Below the pieces are notes generated by a model. It was not told the origin of the DNA. It did no database searches and saw only the letters and a list, made by a program, of their open reading frames with translations. The translations under genes and the position numbers were made by a program. Below are positions 42,262 to 55,285 of a DNA stretch of 64,000 bases, in pieces. This stretch comes from Octopus vulgaris (Eukaryota): positions 9,362,001 through 9,426,000 of the forward strand of contig OX597821.1 in NCBI GenBank assembly GCA_951406725.2, written 5' to 3'. The first letter of the stretch is position 1. The number at the start of each line of letters is the position of its first letter.

Positions 42262-42262
<1 letters not shown>
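40995..42262 (-). mobile_element. Probable Helitron 5' region or non-autonomous Helitron
   Basis: Minus-strand A|TCTCTTATGATAAAAGGCAG start resembles the 3472 element's TCTCT..ATATAAACGGCAG start. Internal ~110-bp direct repeat at ~41745 and ~42070. Confidence 0.45.
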
Positions 42263-42300
<38 letters not shown>

Positions 42301-42305
42301 TTATA

Positions 42306-42473
<168 letters not shown>

Positions 42474-42942
42474 GCTTGCGTTTCTAGTATTGGCATATGT
42501 TAGTTTGCACCCGCTTTTATGAAATTTACCTTTCCGATTTTAATTCCTACAGCCACCTATATAATAATTTATTTCATATATTACTAATATATTAATATAT
42601 TATTGTCAAAAGTTGGTTTCAAAATGTGAAAATTGTGTAGTTCAATTGCTGTGTTTTGAAGTAGGAACACGTGTTCCTAGACTTTACACTCCTTCACAAC
42701 ACTCTTGAATATTTATATTTATGGACAACCAGAATGTGTGTATAATTGTAGAGGAAAATTATGTTAATTTTATCTCGTAAAATGTTGTTCAACATTTACA
42801 TATCAGTATTTTAGTTAGCTTGTAACACAAAATGACTTTTTTTTTGTAGACGGCGGAGAATAAATAATGCTTTCATATTATTCAATAACGCTTATAATTA
42901 TTTCTCTTTACACTCACACACAAAAACATACATATGTATATA

Positions 42943-43034
<92 letters not shown>

Positions 43035-43462
43035 TGCAAAATTTATTCATTTCTAACTTAGGAGTATGAGTAGACATTTGTTCCATTTGTTCTATATCGG
43101 GAATGAAGCCAACGCTAGTATTCGATGAGTACTGATTTTTGTTGACACAGAAGGAAACAAAATCAGAACGTGAATATTTATGACTAAATATTTCACGTCA
43201 TTATGTTCGCTACTGTAACTACTCCACGAGAACATGCAAAACATTTGTTTAGATGATTTACGCAAGAATTTAGCTTGGTGTTGTTGATTCCGGATAGAAG
43301 TAAATTTAAACACATTTAAATGGAGATTAACTAGTTGCACTTTAAACAAATATTTAAAAGAACTCAACCATATATCTATGACACATGTTAAAAGAAACCT
43401 AAAAAGTAATGCTGCTTTCTGATGCATTGACTCTTAAACTTGCTTTTCTTTCTCTTTTCCAG

Positions 43463-43651
43463 AAATATGTACGTTCGAGATAGAAGCTGGGACTTCTGTC
43501 GGTTTTATTCAATCTGCAAATTATCCGCAACCTTATCCATTGAATAGCGAATGTCAATGGATTATTTATACTCTAAATGGGTCCAATATAGTGTTAGATC
43601 TCCATGATTTTGATTTACAGAATGGTCATGACTTCTTATTAATAGGCCCAG
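43463..43651 (+). CDS. Exon: N-terminal part of CUB3
   Basis: Polypyrimidine+cag acceptor, CCAG|gtgaga donor, phase 1-1. KICTFEIEAGTSVGFIQSANYPQPYPLNSECQWIIYTLNGSNIVLDLHDFDLQNGHDFLLIGP. Confidence 0.93.
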
Positions 43652-44649
43652 GTGAGAGTGTTACTTCTAATAACATAAATTCTGAGGAGAAATACTTCCC
43701 AGTTGATTTGATACTTTAAACTATTTATCGGAGATACATTTGTTCCTTAATACAAGAGAATCATCATCTCAGAGAAAGCGTGTCCCAGATACTGTAATTC
43801 GTAGTAAACAGATATTTTTAGGCCCAAATTTAATTTTGTATGCTCCCTGTTGTCTGCCGTCAGATTTGATTTGACAAATTTTCGAATATCTTAATCAAGT
43901 AAAGTAATTGTTTCTTCAGTTACAAATTGGTGAAGTATCCATATATTGTTCTCAATAATGAAAGGACACAATATTATTCCAACATCATGTGTGGAATCTT
44001 TAAGAGATCAATGAGTTATAATGAAATTTTGGAACAATCGCGAAAATTTATGTAAGATGCATACAACTATAATTATTAGTAGTTGCATAACAAAACAAAA
44101 CATTCATTTAACAGAAATTTGCTCACAAAGAATAAATTCTTTGAAATGCCATGAAGAAGTTTAGAACATACTCATAAAATATGGTGTTGTGAGCATGAAT
44201 ACAGGAGTTATAAAACAAGTTCCATGTATCTTAAACATCCATTTTCATCGTCAGATGTTTTCTTCGGTTATTTTAATTTGTGCATAGAAGAAATTTAATT
44301 TACTTGAAAACGTAGAGATGATACAGGTCGCGTAGTTCATATTTCCGCCATATCCAATGCCAATATGTATATTGCACAGATAATATGGATAATTATGCAA
44401 GAAAAATATTTACACAAGCACAAACACACACACACGCATCACACATATATATATCACATACACATATATCGCACACACATATATCACACACACATACACA
44501 CACGCACATATCACACATGCACACATACGTGTAGAGGTGTATTCATCTATGCGTGTGCTTCCGTTTGTGTATATACACACATTCACACGTATACATACAC
44601 ACAGATATATACATTCATAGAATATATGAAGATGTATTAATAAGGTGTA

Positions 44650-45800
44650 GAAAATGACATTGGATTAGGGGATCTTACACTAGATTATCCACTACATAAC
44701 TCGTGACTGAATATCAAGTTTGCAAATAAATACAACGAGAATACTTAACCACAAAGCCATTGTCATAACGTGCCATATCGCTTGAAATATATTTAAACAA
44801 TATTTAAATTGACCATGTATATTTAACTACGTTTCTATGTGAGGTTAAATAGAAGATACCAAGTTGAAGACAAGTAGTAGTATTCGGAATATATTAGATA
44901 ACTGGTATAAACTACGAGAATGCATTTGTAATGTAATGCAAGCATTTCTCTCTAAGTTCATGAGATTTGTTGAAGAAATGATTTGAATATTTAAGGTCTC
45001 ATTATTTAATGCTGTAAATTCTGCAGCTATACCTATCATTTGAATAGAGCAATACATATTTTATTATGCTACAGGTATTTTAAATCTAATTTTTAATTCA
45101 CAGATTTTTTGAGTGATGGATGCAATGTTAGCCCTAATATGTTTATTAAAAATTGATGCAGGATTATATAATATCTGCTTAAATCTGCAGGAATTGAAAA
45201 CTATATAGGTAAATATCATTATAACAGTTATTATATCGCATCTATGGCTAATATTTTTAGTGAAACATAGGTTATCTATAGGGTATAACAATTACATAGT
45301 TTAGGAGATTTATTGGGATAATTACTTCCAGTGATATTGAAGGATCACCAAAGGGATAATTATTGTTAGATATGATAGAATAACTCGTAATATACTGGGT
45401 TACGTAAGATACAGTAGGGTTGTTATCATTAGTAATAACACTACAATTGCAATGGCGGAGTGTTATCTTGATTAATAGGTACATAGCAGTTATTGATATT
45501 AGAATCGATGCGCACTTTGTCGGGCATGCTTTCGTCATTATCAGGGTTAAAGTTTACGTTTTCGAAGACACCACAGACTCTATTGTTGGCCCTTGGGCGG
45601 CTTCGTACTATCACAAGCATTATATACATAGTTGGTTGGAGTAGTCGGCTGACAGATAGTAACATACTGCTAATGTTGCATGTTAGACTACCATAGTCAA
45701 CACGATAAACGTGGCATATAACTAGCTACTACTAGTGCCAACTCTGTCAATGCTAGGGTTATGATCAACATTATTGTTACTACCACTATCTCCATCAAAA
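44650..45800 (-). pseudogene. Decayed intronless Cys/Asn-rich glycoprotein-like sequence (possible endogenous viral element)
   Basis: Microsatellite-free segment with consecutive overlapping minus-strand ORFs of 70-90 aa, many Cys and N-x-S/T sequons. No family was established. Confidence 0.35.
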
Positions 45801-46149
45801 CGTTGGGTCTAGAGAATTTTGAAGTCAAAGGGATATACAAATATACATAAATACAGATGTGTAAGTATGCATCATTTTATATATACATATGTACAAACAT
45901 AGCAAATCTTTACGGCATCGACCTGTTACATCATCTCCTTGCGCAGGTACTTAATTCGTTCAACAAAAACTTTTTGCGTGAATATCAATATTAGAGCGGA
46001 CACAATGCAACAATGATCCAGAAATGTTACGTCCTCAAATACCTTACGCATATATATATATGTGTGTGTGTGTGTGTATGTGTGTGTGTGTTAGTGTGTG
46101 TGTATGTTTGTGTGCGTGTGTGTGTATATATATATATATGCATATATAG

Positions 46150-46216
<67 letters not shown>

Positions 46217-46352
46217 ATTCAAAGATCGAGGATGGAATTTCCTCGTAGGGGATATTTAAATAAAAATCCCTATATCAACTGGCGTTATCAAATATATTGA
46301 AAGACAGTTTAGCAATACATATGGATAAAATCTCCAATAATGTGTAAAGTTG

Positions 46353-46857
46353 ATAAAAGAAAATGGAGAAGAAATATAGTGCATACTTGGTTAGTCTTAT
46401 TTGTACCACGACGAAAAGAAGTAATACATATAAGATTCAGGATATGGAGAAACCGTATCAACAAAAGAAATAAACTTAAAAATATCCTACATATGTTTCA
46501 ATCGGGCCACTACGTTTCGATCATCATCATTCAAGCGATGTTAGATGTAAAATAACTCCACATATGTCTGGACTTCATGACGGAGTGAAGTTTAATTTCT
46601 GGCGGTGAACAACGAAATAAAAAAATCACTCCCTGGTGAGATCCGGACATCATGTGGGTTTATTTTACATCTAACATCGCTTGAATGATGATGATCGAAA
46701 CCTAATTGCCGGATTGAAACATATGTAAGATTCTTGTATGCTTATTTCTTTTGTTGATTCGGTTCCTTTATATCTGAATCTTAGACGTATTACTATTTTT
46801 CATCGTGCCACAAATATGATTAACCAAATATCCATTATATTCTCCATTTTCTTTTAT
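46353..46857. repeat. Diverged inverted repeat, ~235-bp arms, 37-nt spacer
   Basis: 46353-46588 vs 46626-46857. The core TTTCGATCATCATCATTCAAGCGATGTTAGATGTAAAATAA is perfectly mirrored. Confidence 0.9.
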
Positions 46858-46892
46858 ATATATATAATTATACATATATATGTATTTGTGTG

Positions 46893-46943
<51 letters not shown>

Positions 46944-47060
46944 GCATGTATTTATAGACATACACATATATATTATATATTTTGCATGCTTGTATGTATG
47001 AATAGAAATATGCATAAACATTTGTAATCACGTAAGTTATTTATTTTTCGTATACCATAG

Positions 47061-47234
47061 GTAGAAATGCATTTGTCGAAAATTTTCACAAATTCACTGG
47101 CAAAGGAGGATTAGTAAAATTATCTATGAATGCGACATCGATGTGGCTTCACTTTACGTCGGATCATATATCTGGTGAACGAGGATATCGAGGATTTAAT
47201 TTGACATATATTGTGGAGAATGAAGAAACAGCAA
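47061..47234 (+). CDS. Exon: C-terminal part of CUB3
   Basis: ccatag| acceptor, GCAA|gtaatg donor, phase 1-1. GRNAFVENFHKFTGKGGLVKLSMNATSMWLHFTSDHISGERGYRGFNLTYIVENEETA. Confidence 0.9.
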
Positions 47235-47647
47235 GTAATGTTGAACGTAAGACATTTCATTCTGAATACACTTTCTGATTTTTTGATCAGCAACAATTTT
47301 TTTATTATGTTAAGATGTATGATGTGCAACAGAATACGTCACCACGAGACAAAATACTGCATCACAATGAAGTATCATACATTCATACACACACACACAC
47401 ACAGACACACGTACATTCATAAACCCACACACGCATATGTATTTAATAACAAAAACAAGAATGAAGAAAAATCACATCTTTAATTAAAACATATCAACAT
47501 ACATCACCGACGGTAATTTCTATATGCCAGCATTTATGAAAGTTATATAGCTGATCCAAAATGTGTTAAATAAAATAAATATCTCTAATTGATGAATGAA
47601 TAGAGAGAAAACGTTAAGAATTAATATAATATATATCAGAATTGATA

Positions 47648-47709
<62 letters not shown>

Positions 47710-47989
47710 ATAAGCTCTTCAAATCTAACGGAGCCCTTAAAAGATAAAGATAGTTTAAGATTCACAATCATCGGAACTTAACTGCAGCTGTTGGTGGTTC
47801 AAATCGGATATGCAATCTCTGTGGTTGTCAGTTCAATACATTATCTGCTTTAAATAGCCATGTTGGATCTGAGGTGTAGGTACTGGAGGGGTCCATATTC
47901 TGCATAAAGAATAGACAACACTTAGTAACAAGCGTAAAATCCATTTCCTGAGAGATCTTGTTGCATGCAATCAAGCCTTATGCATAGCA

Positions 47990-50690
47990 CTTACGGAAAG
48001 GCACCAAAAACCAGATATAGCAAATGCAGAAATACACATACGACAGTATGTGTTATTATGGACCGAGAGAAAAGAAAGGAGTCATGGTACAGTTGCTATA
48101 TATATCCACGAAGAACGTACACCCCAGATACTTTTGTCACACTCAAATTCAGTATATGGCACACGAATTGTACTCGATGTAGTCATATGTTCTACATATC
48201 GTCCTCCAGATGCTCCGTATCACGAGGACAAGTTTGAAGACTACCTTACAAAAATAGAAGTTCTAGTTATATTATGTATTTCTTGCAGGAGATTTTAATG
48301 TGCCCAACGTCGGACGGCGTGTGCACCTTTCTCTCCCATGTCGCACTGGGAACAAGGACAGTTGAAGTCCCTCCTGAACCTCATCAACACTTTATACATG
48401 GAAAAATAGTACTCTAACCAAACAGGGCATGTAATATACTGGATTTATGCTTCACAAATAATATGGATCTTATCCATAATGTGAATGTGACACCGACGCT
48501 ACACTCGGATGCACAATCTGGTAGACATGACCATGTACCGGCCAAAAGAAACCAAAGATATGCAACCTATATGCAACTCTCAAAATCCTTCCAGTTTCAA
48601 CTTCCATAAGGTAAACTGGAAGCAAATCTAAAAAGAGTTCCTCAAAGAAAACTGGCCTAAAAATCTCTCTTCACCGGACACCGACATGAAACTTCAACAA
48701 CTCTTGTCTGTAATGCACGCCATATGCTACAGATATGTCCCTGAGAGCCAGGCCACTTCACACAAGAACAAATTCCCCAAAGGGAGGAAATGTCTTATGA
48801 GATAGTGTACAGAAATTTGAAATTACCTAAACAAACAAATTAAAAGCATAAAAAAATCCTGCCTGAAAATACAAGTGCTGAAGGGTAAAAAAAATGCAAC
48901 TCTAGCATGAAAAGGAAAGAGCAGACAAAGAAGCCTAGGCTATAGAAATATAGCCCAGAAACAATCTCAGTGCACGGTAGTATATGATCTCTCTTCGAAT
49001 TGTTTCACTCACAGGAAACCCACTGAGGAGTAGTAAAATATTGAATGAGCGATTCAAAAGTGCTTTCACGCCACCTGTAGGACACTTGCAAGTCAACAAT
49101 CCAGGTGACGTTTTCGCCACTTCAGATAAAAGCAAAAAAAACAACAGAGGCAGTGATGATTGATTACATAAATATGAAAGAAAACTATATTATAAGGGCT
49201 ACAGATGAAAAGAAACTAAACTCAGCTAAAAGCCCTGATGGATTCTCAAATCATGTAAGAAGTCCTAGCGAGACAGCTGCAGTCTCTCTTCCAGAGCTTC
49301 CTTACAAATAGCAAAAGGGGAAATATGCCCCATCCATAAAGAAGGTAGGTAAAAGTGCAGTGGCCAAAAGACTACAGACCTATCTCTCTGACCTCTCAGA
49401 TCAGCAAAGTCATGGAACAAGTAGTCAGAAGAAAACTAATCACTTTCCTTGAGGAAAATGACTTGCTTACTGACACCCAACACGGTTTCGAAAAGGAAGA
49501 AGCTGCCTGACTCAGCTCTTACAGCACTACGACTGGGTATTGAAACCGCTGCCCAACCACACGAATGTGGATCCAATATACATCGACTTTGCAAAGGCTT
49601 TCGATAAATATATCATGGAATAATATGTCACAATGTACGTGATCTCGGCATAGTTGTGAAATTGGTAGCAAAGCTGCATGACTTTTTGAAAGATAGATGT
49701 CTAGCGGCAGGAGCCAATGGAGCCACCTCCAGTGACAGGCAAATTATGAGGGGTGTTCCACAAGGTACTGTTTTGGGAGCACTCGTGTTCATAATGGCCC
49801 TCACAGATATGCCCTCAGCCACACAGAAATCCACGATCACAAGTTATGCAGATGAGATCAAAGTCTCACTGGTGACAGAGAACTCTGAAGGCGCTATGCA
49901 CCTGTAACTTGAGTTACATGAAATATGCAATCGGGCTAAGAAGAACATCATGCAGTTTAATATTGGAAAGTTTAATGCGTTATGCTATCAAGATACAAAA
50001 CTAAATGCAATACCAATTAAATACACTGGACCTGGAGGGATTGCAATCCCAGAGACACAGTCAGTGCGCGTCCTTCCACGTCCATGCTGCTAAGCTGACA
50101 ATGAAATGCAGGTGGCTACACGGATGGCTTCTTAAAACTTTTAAAGCAGGAGATTAGCAAACCATGAAGGCTCTTCTGGAAGACATTTGTGCAAGGCCGT
50201 TTTGATGTTGATCCCAGCTATCATCACCTCCAGCTTGCAGAACTTGAGGCAATCCAACGACGCAACAAGAAGATAGCCACTACGCAGCATATAAGCTACA
50301 GGGAAATACTTAAGAGATTAAGACTTTATCAGGAGCGTAGGCGAGAAACATATGCCATATGGAAGATCCTGCAAGGACTTGACCCAAAGTTTGGCATTGA
50401 GAGTTAGATTAACGCTAGAATAGGATGCCACTGTATGGTGCCAAAGTCTCCAAATTTGCCATCAAATTATAGGTCAGGATGTTGCAATAGCCTGGACATT
50501 AAAGGCCCTCAGCTCTTCAATATCCTCTCCAATGACCTCGGTGGACTACATGCTGTGGATGTAGATGTTTCCACCTAAAATAGATCTCTCAATGTCAAGA
50601 ATCCCAGGTGAATCAACATCACAGCAGGAAGTGCAAATGAAGTCAGCGGCGGGAAGCTCCCTCAGGCACCAAACGACAAGTTCTAAAAAT
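47990..50690 (+). mobile_element. Degenerate near-complete LINE ORF2 (APE+RT), CR1/L2 group
   Basis: TYRPPD, GDFN, NILDLCFTN, YRPISLTS, RSCLTQLL, YIDFAKAFD, GVPQGTVLG, YADE, LEAIQRR, GPQLFNIL. Confidence 0.9.
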
Positions 50691-50786
50691 AATTAGTCAA
50701 GTAAAATTTTTGTATTAATACGAAATGGTGGGACCCCGAAATGGCCACAGTCCGTGAACTGAAAGTAGTTCAATTCAATTATCAAC

Positions 50787-50863
<77 letters not shown>

Positions 50864-50869
50864 CGCGTT

Positions 50870-50899
<30 letters not shown>

Positions 50900-50902
<3 letters not shown>

Positions 50903-51704
50903 GCAATTATAAATAAGGGCAAATTGAAAATATTTTCTAGTTATACGATTTAGCATCTATTTTTCAGCATATTGACAAAGAAAAAAAAATTCCTTGTCCA
51001 TATTTATAGTTGTATTTGTAATTTTCCCCTTAAAACGTATTTTTTGATATGCTGGACTCTGAAATTTTTTAAAAAGATTTTTATCTTTATATTAGTAGTA
51101 AATTAATTCTCATTCCCTTTGGGGCTGGTTAACAACTTGTGCGTATTTCCTTACCCACTACACTTGTGGTGGGGTTTGCTACGGAATTTCTATTTGGATA
51201 TATTTGGGGTACTTAAACGTATTCATGACTTTGCATCTACTTTTCCATGGGTATGTCTGAGTATATCATATATTTTCGTTTTCTGTTCTACGCTGATGAA
51301 AGGAGAATACTTTTTGGATTAATCCAGAAATCGGAACCGATTCGAGGATGACTATATTTTTATGGATATCTGTTAGCCTGCATTCCTCGTTTTGGCACGT
51401 GGTGTAATAACATAACTGAATAAATTTTATGTCGCTAGAGTATTTAGCTTCCATTTTTCAGCATATTGGGAAAACATTTTTTTATTCGCCCTTCTTTATA
51501 ATTCTAGTTATGGTTTTGACCTTAAGACGTATTTTTCATAAAAATTTTATCAAACAATTTTATCATTGGCCTGCATATGAAAAATACGTCTTAAGGTCAA
51601 AACCATAAATAGAATTATAAAGAAGGGCGAATAAAAAAATTATTTCCCAATATGCTTAAAAATGGAAGCTAAATACTCTAGCGACATAAAATGTATTCAG
51701 TTAT
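50900..51704 (+). mobile_element. (TA)n-flanked PLE pseudo-LTR-like element: diverged direct repeat plus 129-bp inverted repeat
   Basis: ~50940-51090 resembles ~51440-51570. 51412-51540 is mirrored at 51576-51704. An HHR lies in the middle. Confidence 0.65.
51287..51348 (+). ncRNA. Type I hammerhead ribozyme with branched stem II
   Basis: UCUACG-CUGAUGA(51293-51299)-[AAGGAG aaua CUUUUU; GGAU uaau/AUCC hairpins]-GAAA-UCGG aa CCGA-UU-CGAGGA. Stem I has one mismatch. Confidence 0.65.
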
Positions 51705-51928
51705 ATATATATATATATATATATACTTATATATATATATATACATATATATAAACTTTTGTCAATGTACCAAAATGTTTACAAAATTATTACTCGGACT
51801 TTCATATTCCCGGCGAATGGGAACATGAAATTCTAAGTAATAGTTTCCTGAACATTCTTCAGCTGCAATAAAAGCATGTTACACTATCTTTGGTATTCGT
51901 GTACTGTTTAAATGTATATAGCTATACT

Positions 51929-52012
<84 letters not shown>

Positions 52013-52026
52013 TTTAGATATATATG

Positions 52027-52075
<49 letters not shown>

Positions 52076-52947
52076 GCTTAGATGCACACTTGTATGCAAA
52101 CACATACACACACATATATATATCTATGGATATATATATACACACCTACATATATATAAATATATGTACATATACATTTATGTTTATAAGAATACGTATA
52201 TATATACATTCACACATAGAAAGACACATATATATGAAAAGAAGCAGAAGTGACAAACACATACACTCACACACACACGTAAACACGGACACATGCTTTC
52301 ATAAAGAAAATATTACTAACACTAATACGCTGACGGTATAAGATATTGGTTTGTGGCAAACCGTTTCCTTGGAGTCATAAAAAAAATGGAAAATATGAGA
52401 ATGACGAAAATGTCATCGGAAAGTTGCTATCTGCATATTTATAGTTTCGAAAATGCTCTGCATATGACTCGGCGCCTTTAGTAGTAGCTATCTTCCTGCA
52501 CTTTATATAAATTATTCACAAGAATGGTAGGTACAATAGAGAAAAATATTCAAGACGACCTCCGCTTACACTCAATACTGACCATCCTTTTTAAATATCC
52601 AGTGTTACTAGATCAGTCCCTAATAAACTTTATCTCCTTTATTTTTTAAATATACATTAGGAAGTATCTTAATCTTAATTTTTGCATTTGATATACATTT
52701 TGTTCAATTATTATCTTCGTGATTTTTATTTGTATATTCTCATGGTATGAGAATATACAAAATGTTCTAAAAGACGTCGTGAGTCACTAGTGACTTAGAC
52801 TTCTACTTTTAACATATACACCATCATAACAGACCTCTCTCATTCCTATATTTACATAGACGCATAATTACAAGCGCGTATATACATGCTTATGTATATA
52901 TATACATATGAGTGTGTGTGTCTGTGTGTGCATGTGTATAGCTATAT

Positions 52948-53470
52948 TACCTGGTCTAATCAATAAATATCAAGAATGTTGCCATTGATACGATGCTAAA
53001 GCACACAGATTTAAGACGTCTGGCACAAATTGACGTGCAACACTGTTGTACACGTGCTGAAAGTCATAACGTTCTAGTTCACTTCCGTTGTCTACATCAG
53101 TGCTTAGAAGGAAGGCGTGCAGCGTGTAATCATCGCATTGACAAAGACAGACGAAGTTGAACAGAGTCAGCATCAAATTTTGCCAAAGGCTTGGCGATAC
53201 CTGCTCAGAGGCATACGCAAAGTTTTTAAACATTTTCTCTAACACAGTCAAAAAGGTCTTGTGCAATTGAAACCCGAGTGTCATTTTGTTCAACTGAAAG
53301 CGGTTTTGACACATTCTTAGCAGACACGCGTCTCATATCCAAATCTTCAATGATAATGGACTGAACTGAACATTAACTAATCTGCATATCCTCCAATATC
53401 TCACGGATGGTAATTCGACGATTTCCCCTCACAGCTGCACGCATATTTGCGATGTTTTTCTCAGTTCTCC
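52948..53470. mobile_element. Mariner relic truncated by a Penelope insertion
   Basis: TIR-like start and EVEQRVSIKFCQRLGDTCSEAYAK, then an inverted transposase piece. Same family as 896-1605 and 32013-32885. Confidence 0.75.
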
Positions 53471-53471
53471 C

Positions 53472-54460
53472 CGCGTTCTTAACCAGCACACCATATACCC
53501 GTAGGCAATTATGGAGTGAAATTTAGGGCTTATAAATCTAATATTTTCCTATCCTTCCTTAATACCTCTTCCCATATTCTTTTCGTATCTACACTCGGTC
53601 TGCTTAGGAGGTTGTTGTGTCCTAGCATATGTACTGCTTCTTTTAGTTTTCTTATTTTCCAGTGGTGTTCTCTGTTAATTATCTTAACTTCACCCTACAG
53701 CGGGAGGTGGTCTCCATTTTCCCATACATGATCGGCTATACCCGATTTATCAATATCACTTCGTGTCGTAGCTTTGTGATATTCCTCTACCCTTATTTTG
53801 AGGGGGTGGCATGTTTCGCTTTTGTATAACCTACCACAGCTGCATGGGATGGAGTACATACAGTGTTTGGTCATATTCTCTTTTATTGGTGGTTTTACTC
53901 GAAGGAGATATTTGCGAAGTGTCGTATTACTCTTGAATACGGTCTTGATGTCATATGGGCCGCATATCTTTTGTATCTTTTCGGTGAGGCCTTTCACATA
54001 GGGTAGACAGACTGTGGTCAGTTTATTAGCTTCATCCTCTCTTTTCTTCATAATTTGAGTAGATAGTATATTTCTGAGGTAGTGGTTGCTTAATAGATTG
54101 TTATTGAGCTTGATCAGTTCTTCGTGGTGGGTATCAGGTTCGCAACTTTTATTCTTTGCTCGATGTTTTTGGTACTGAGAAATTGCTCTCTTTACACTGT
54201 ATGGATGGTGGGAATTGAAGGTCGGCTTGCGGTATACGGATGTCCTGAATCCATACTTGGTGCGTGTTATTAATACGTTCAGGAATGATAGCTGACTGTC
54301 TTTTTACTTTTCATTTGTGGACTGTATGGATGGCTTTATTGAGTTCACATGATTTAACAGCACTTGTACATCTTCCTGGTGGGGCCAGAGTATAAAGGTA
54401 TCATCAACATATCGCAGCCATAGAGTTGGTTTTAGTGGTGTTGATCCCAAAGCCAAATTT
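53472..54460 (-). mobile_element. Penelope-like element RT C-terminus plus GIY-YIG endonuclease (decayed)
   Basis: WLRYVDDTFILWPH, LSFLNVLI, TSVYRKPT; ORF 53695-54051 CLPYVKGLTEKIQKIC...MYSIPCSCGRLYKSET...LKIRVEE...SGIADHVW. Confidence 0.9.
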
Positions 54461-55249
54461 CTAATTAAAATGTATGTGTGACACCGAATGTCTGAAATTC
54501 CTAACTGAAGAAAGGTTTTGTCGTTAACATTTTGTCTTTAGAATTACAGAACGACGCTTGTCTTTTTTTTTTCTGAAGTGTATAGAATGAGTATGGATGA
54601 GGCAGGACCTTTTTCTGGAGACATCAGTCTGAAATATCATCGTGACAAATACGAAACAAGTGTTAACACGTCTACCAATATGTATTAGCAAGAAAGTACC
54701 AAAATAAACAGTTACCATGTGCTTAAAGCTAACAGTGTGGTAGTTTCATTTACAGTTGTTGCTAGTTTGTTTAAACGCCCGGATTGTCTCTTGTGAACAA
54801 AGTCGTATGATAAGAATGTTTCGTCTGTGACCATCTAATCTTTTTTTCTTTAGATTTCACAATTTCTGAAGTATAAATGTCTCCTGATTTATGTCTTAGA
54901 GGTTATAGTTCAAGAAATATTAGGCAGCTATTTCTAGCAGGTCAGGAGAGCACGAAAATATATGGTCTTTGCAGTGATAATCCTGTTTAATAATTACTTT
55001 TGAAATTCGCTCTATTGAAACTCGAATTATTAGACCTCCGTTTACAAATTAGTTCTTACATGAAAACACATATAATACGAATACGGTGAGCATGATGTGA
55101 AAACAAACATGAAAGATTTTAAGCTGATCTCAGACAGCCAGAGACATTCTAAATTGGACTGTTCATTTACAAATTCAGGTAATTAATAACGGTAACGTTA
55201 TAAACATAAGCAAGAATATTGTATATAGACATACGTATATAAACACACA

Positions 55250-55285
<36 letters not shown>

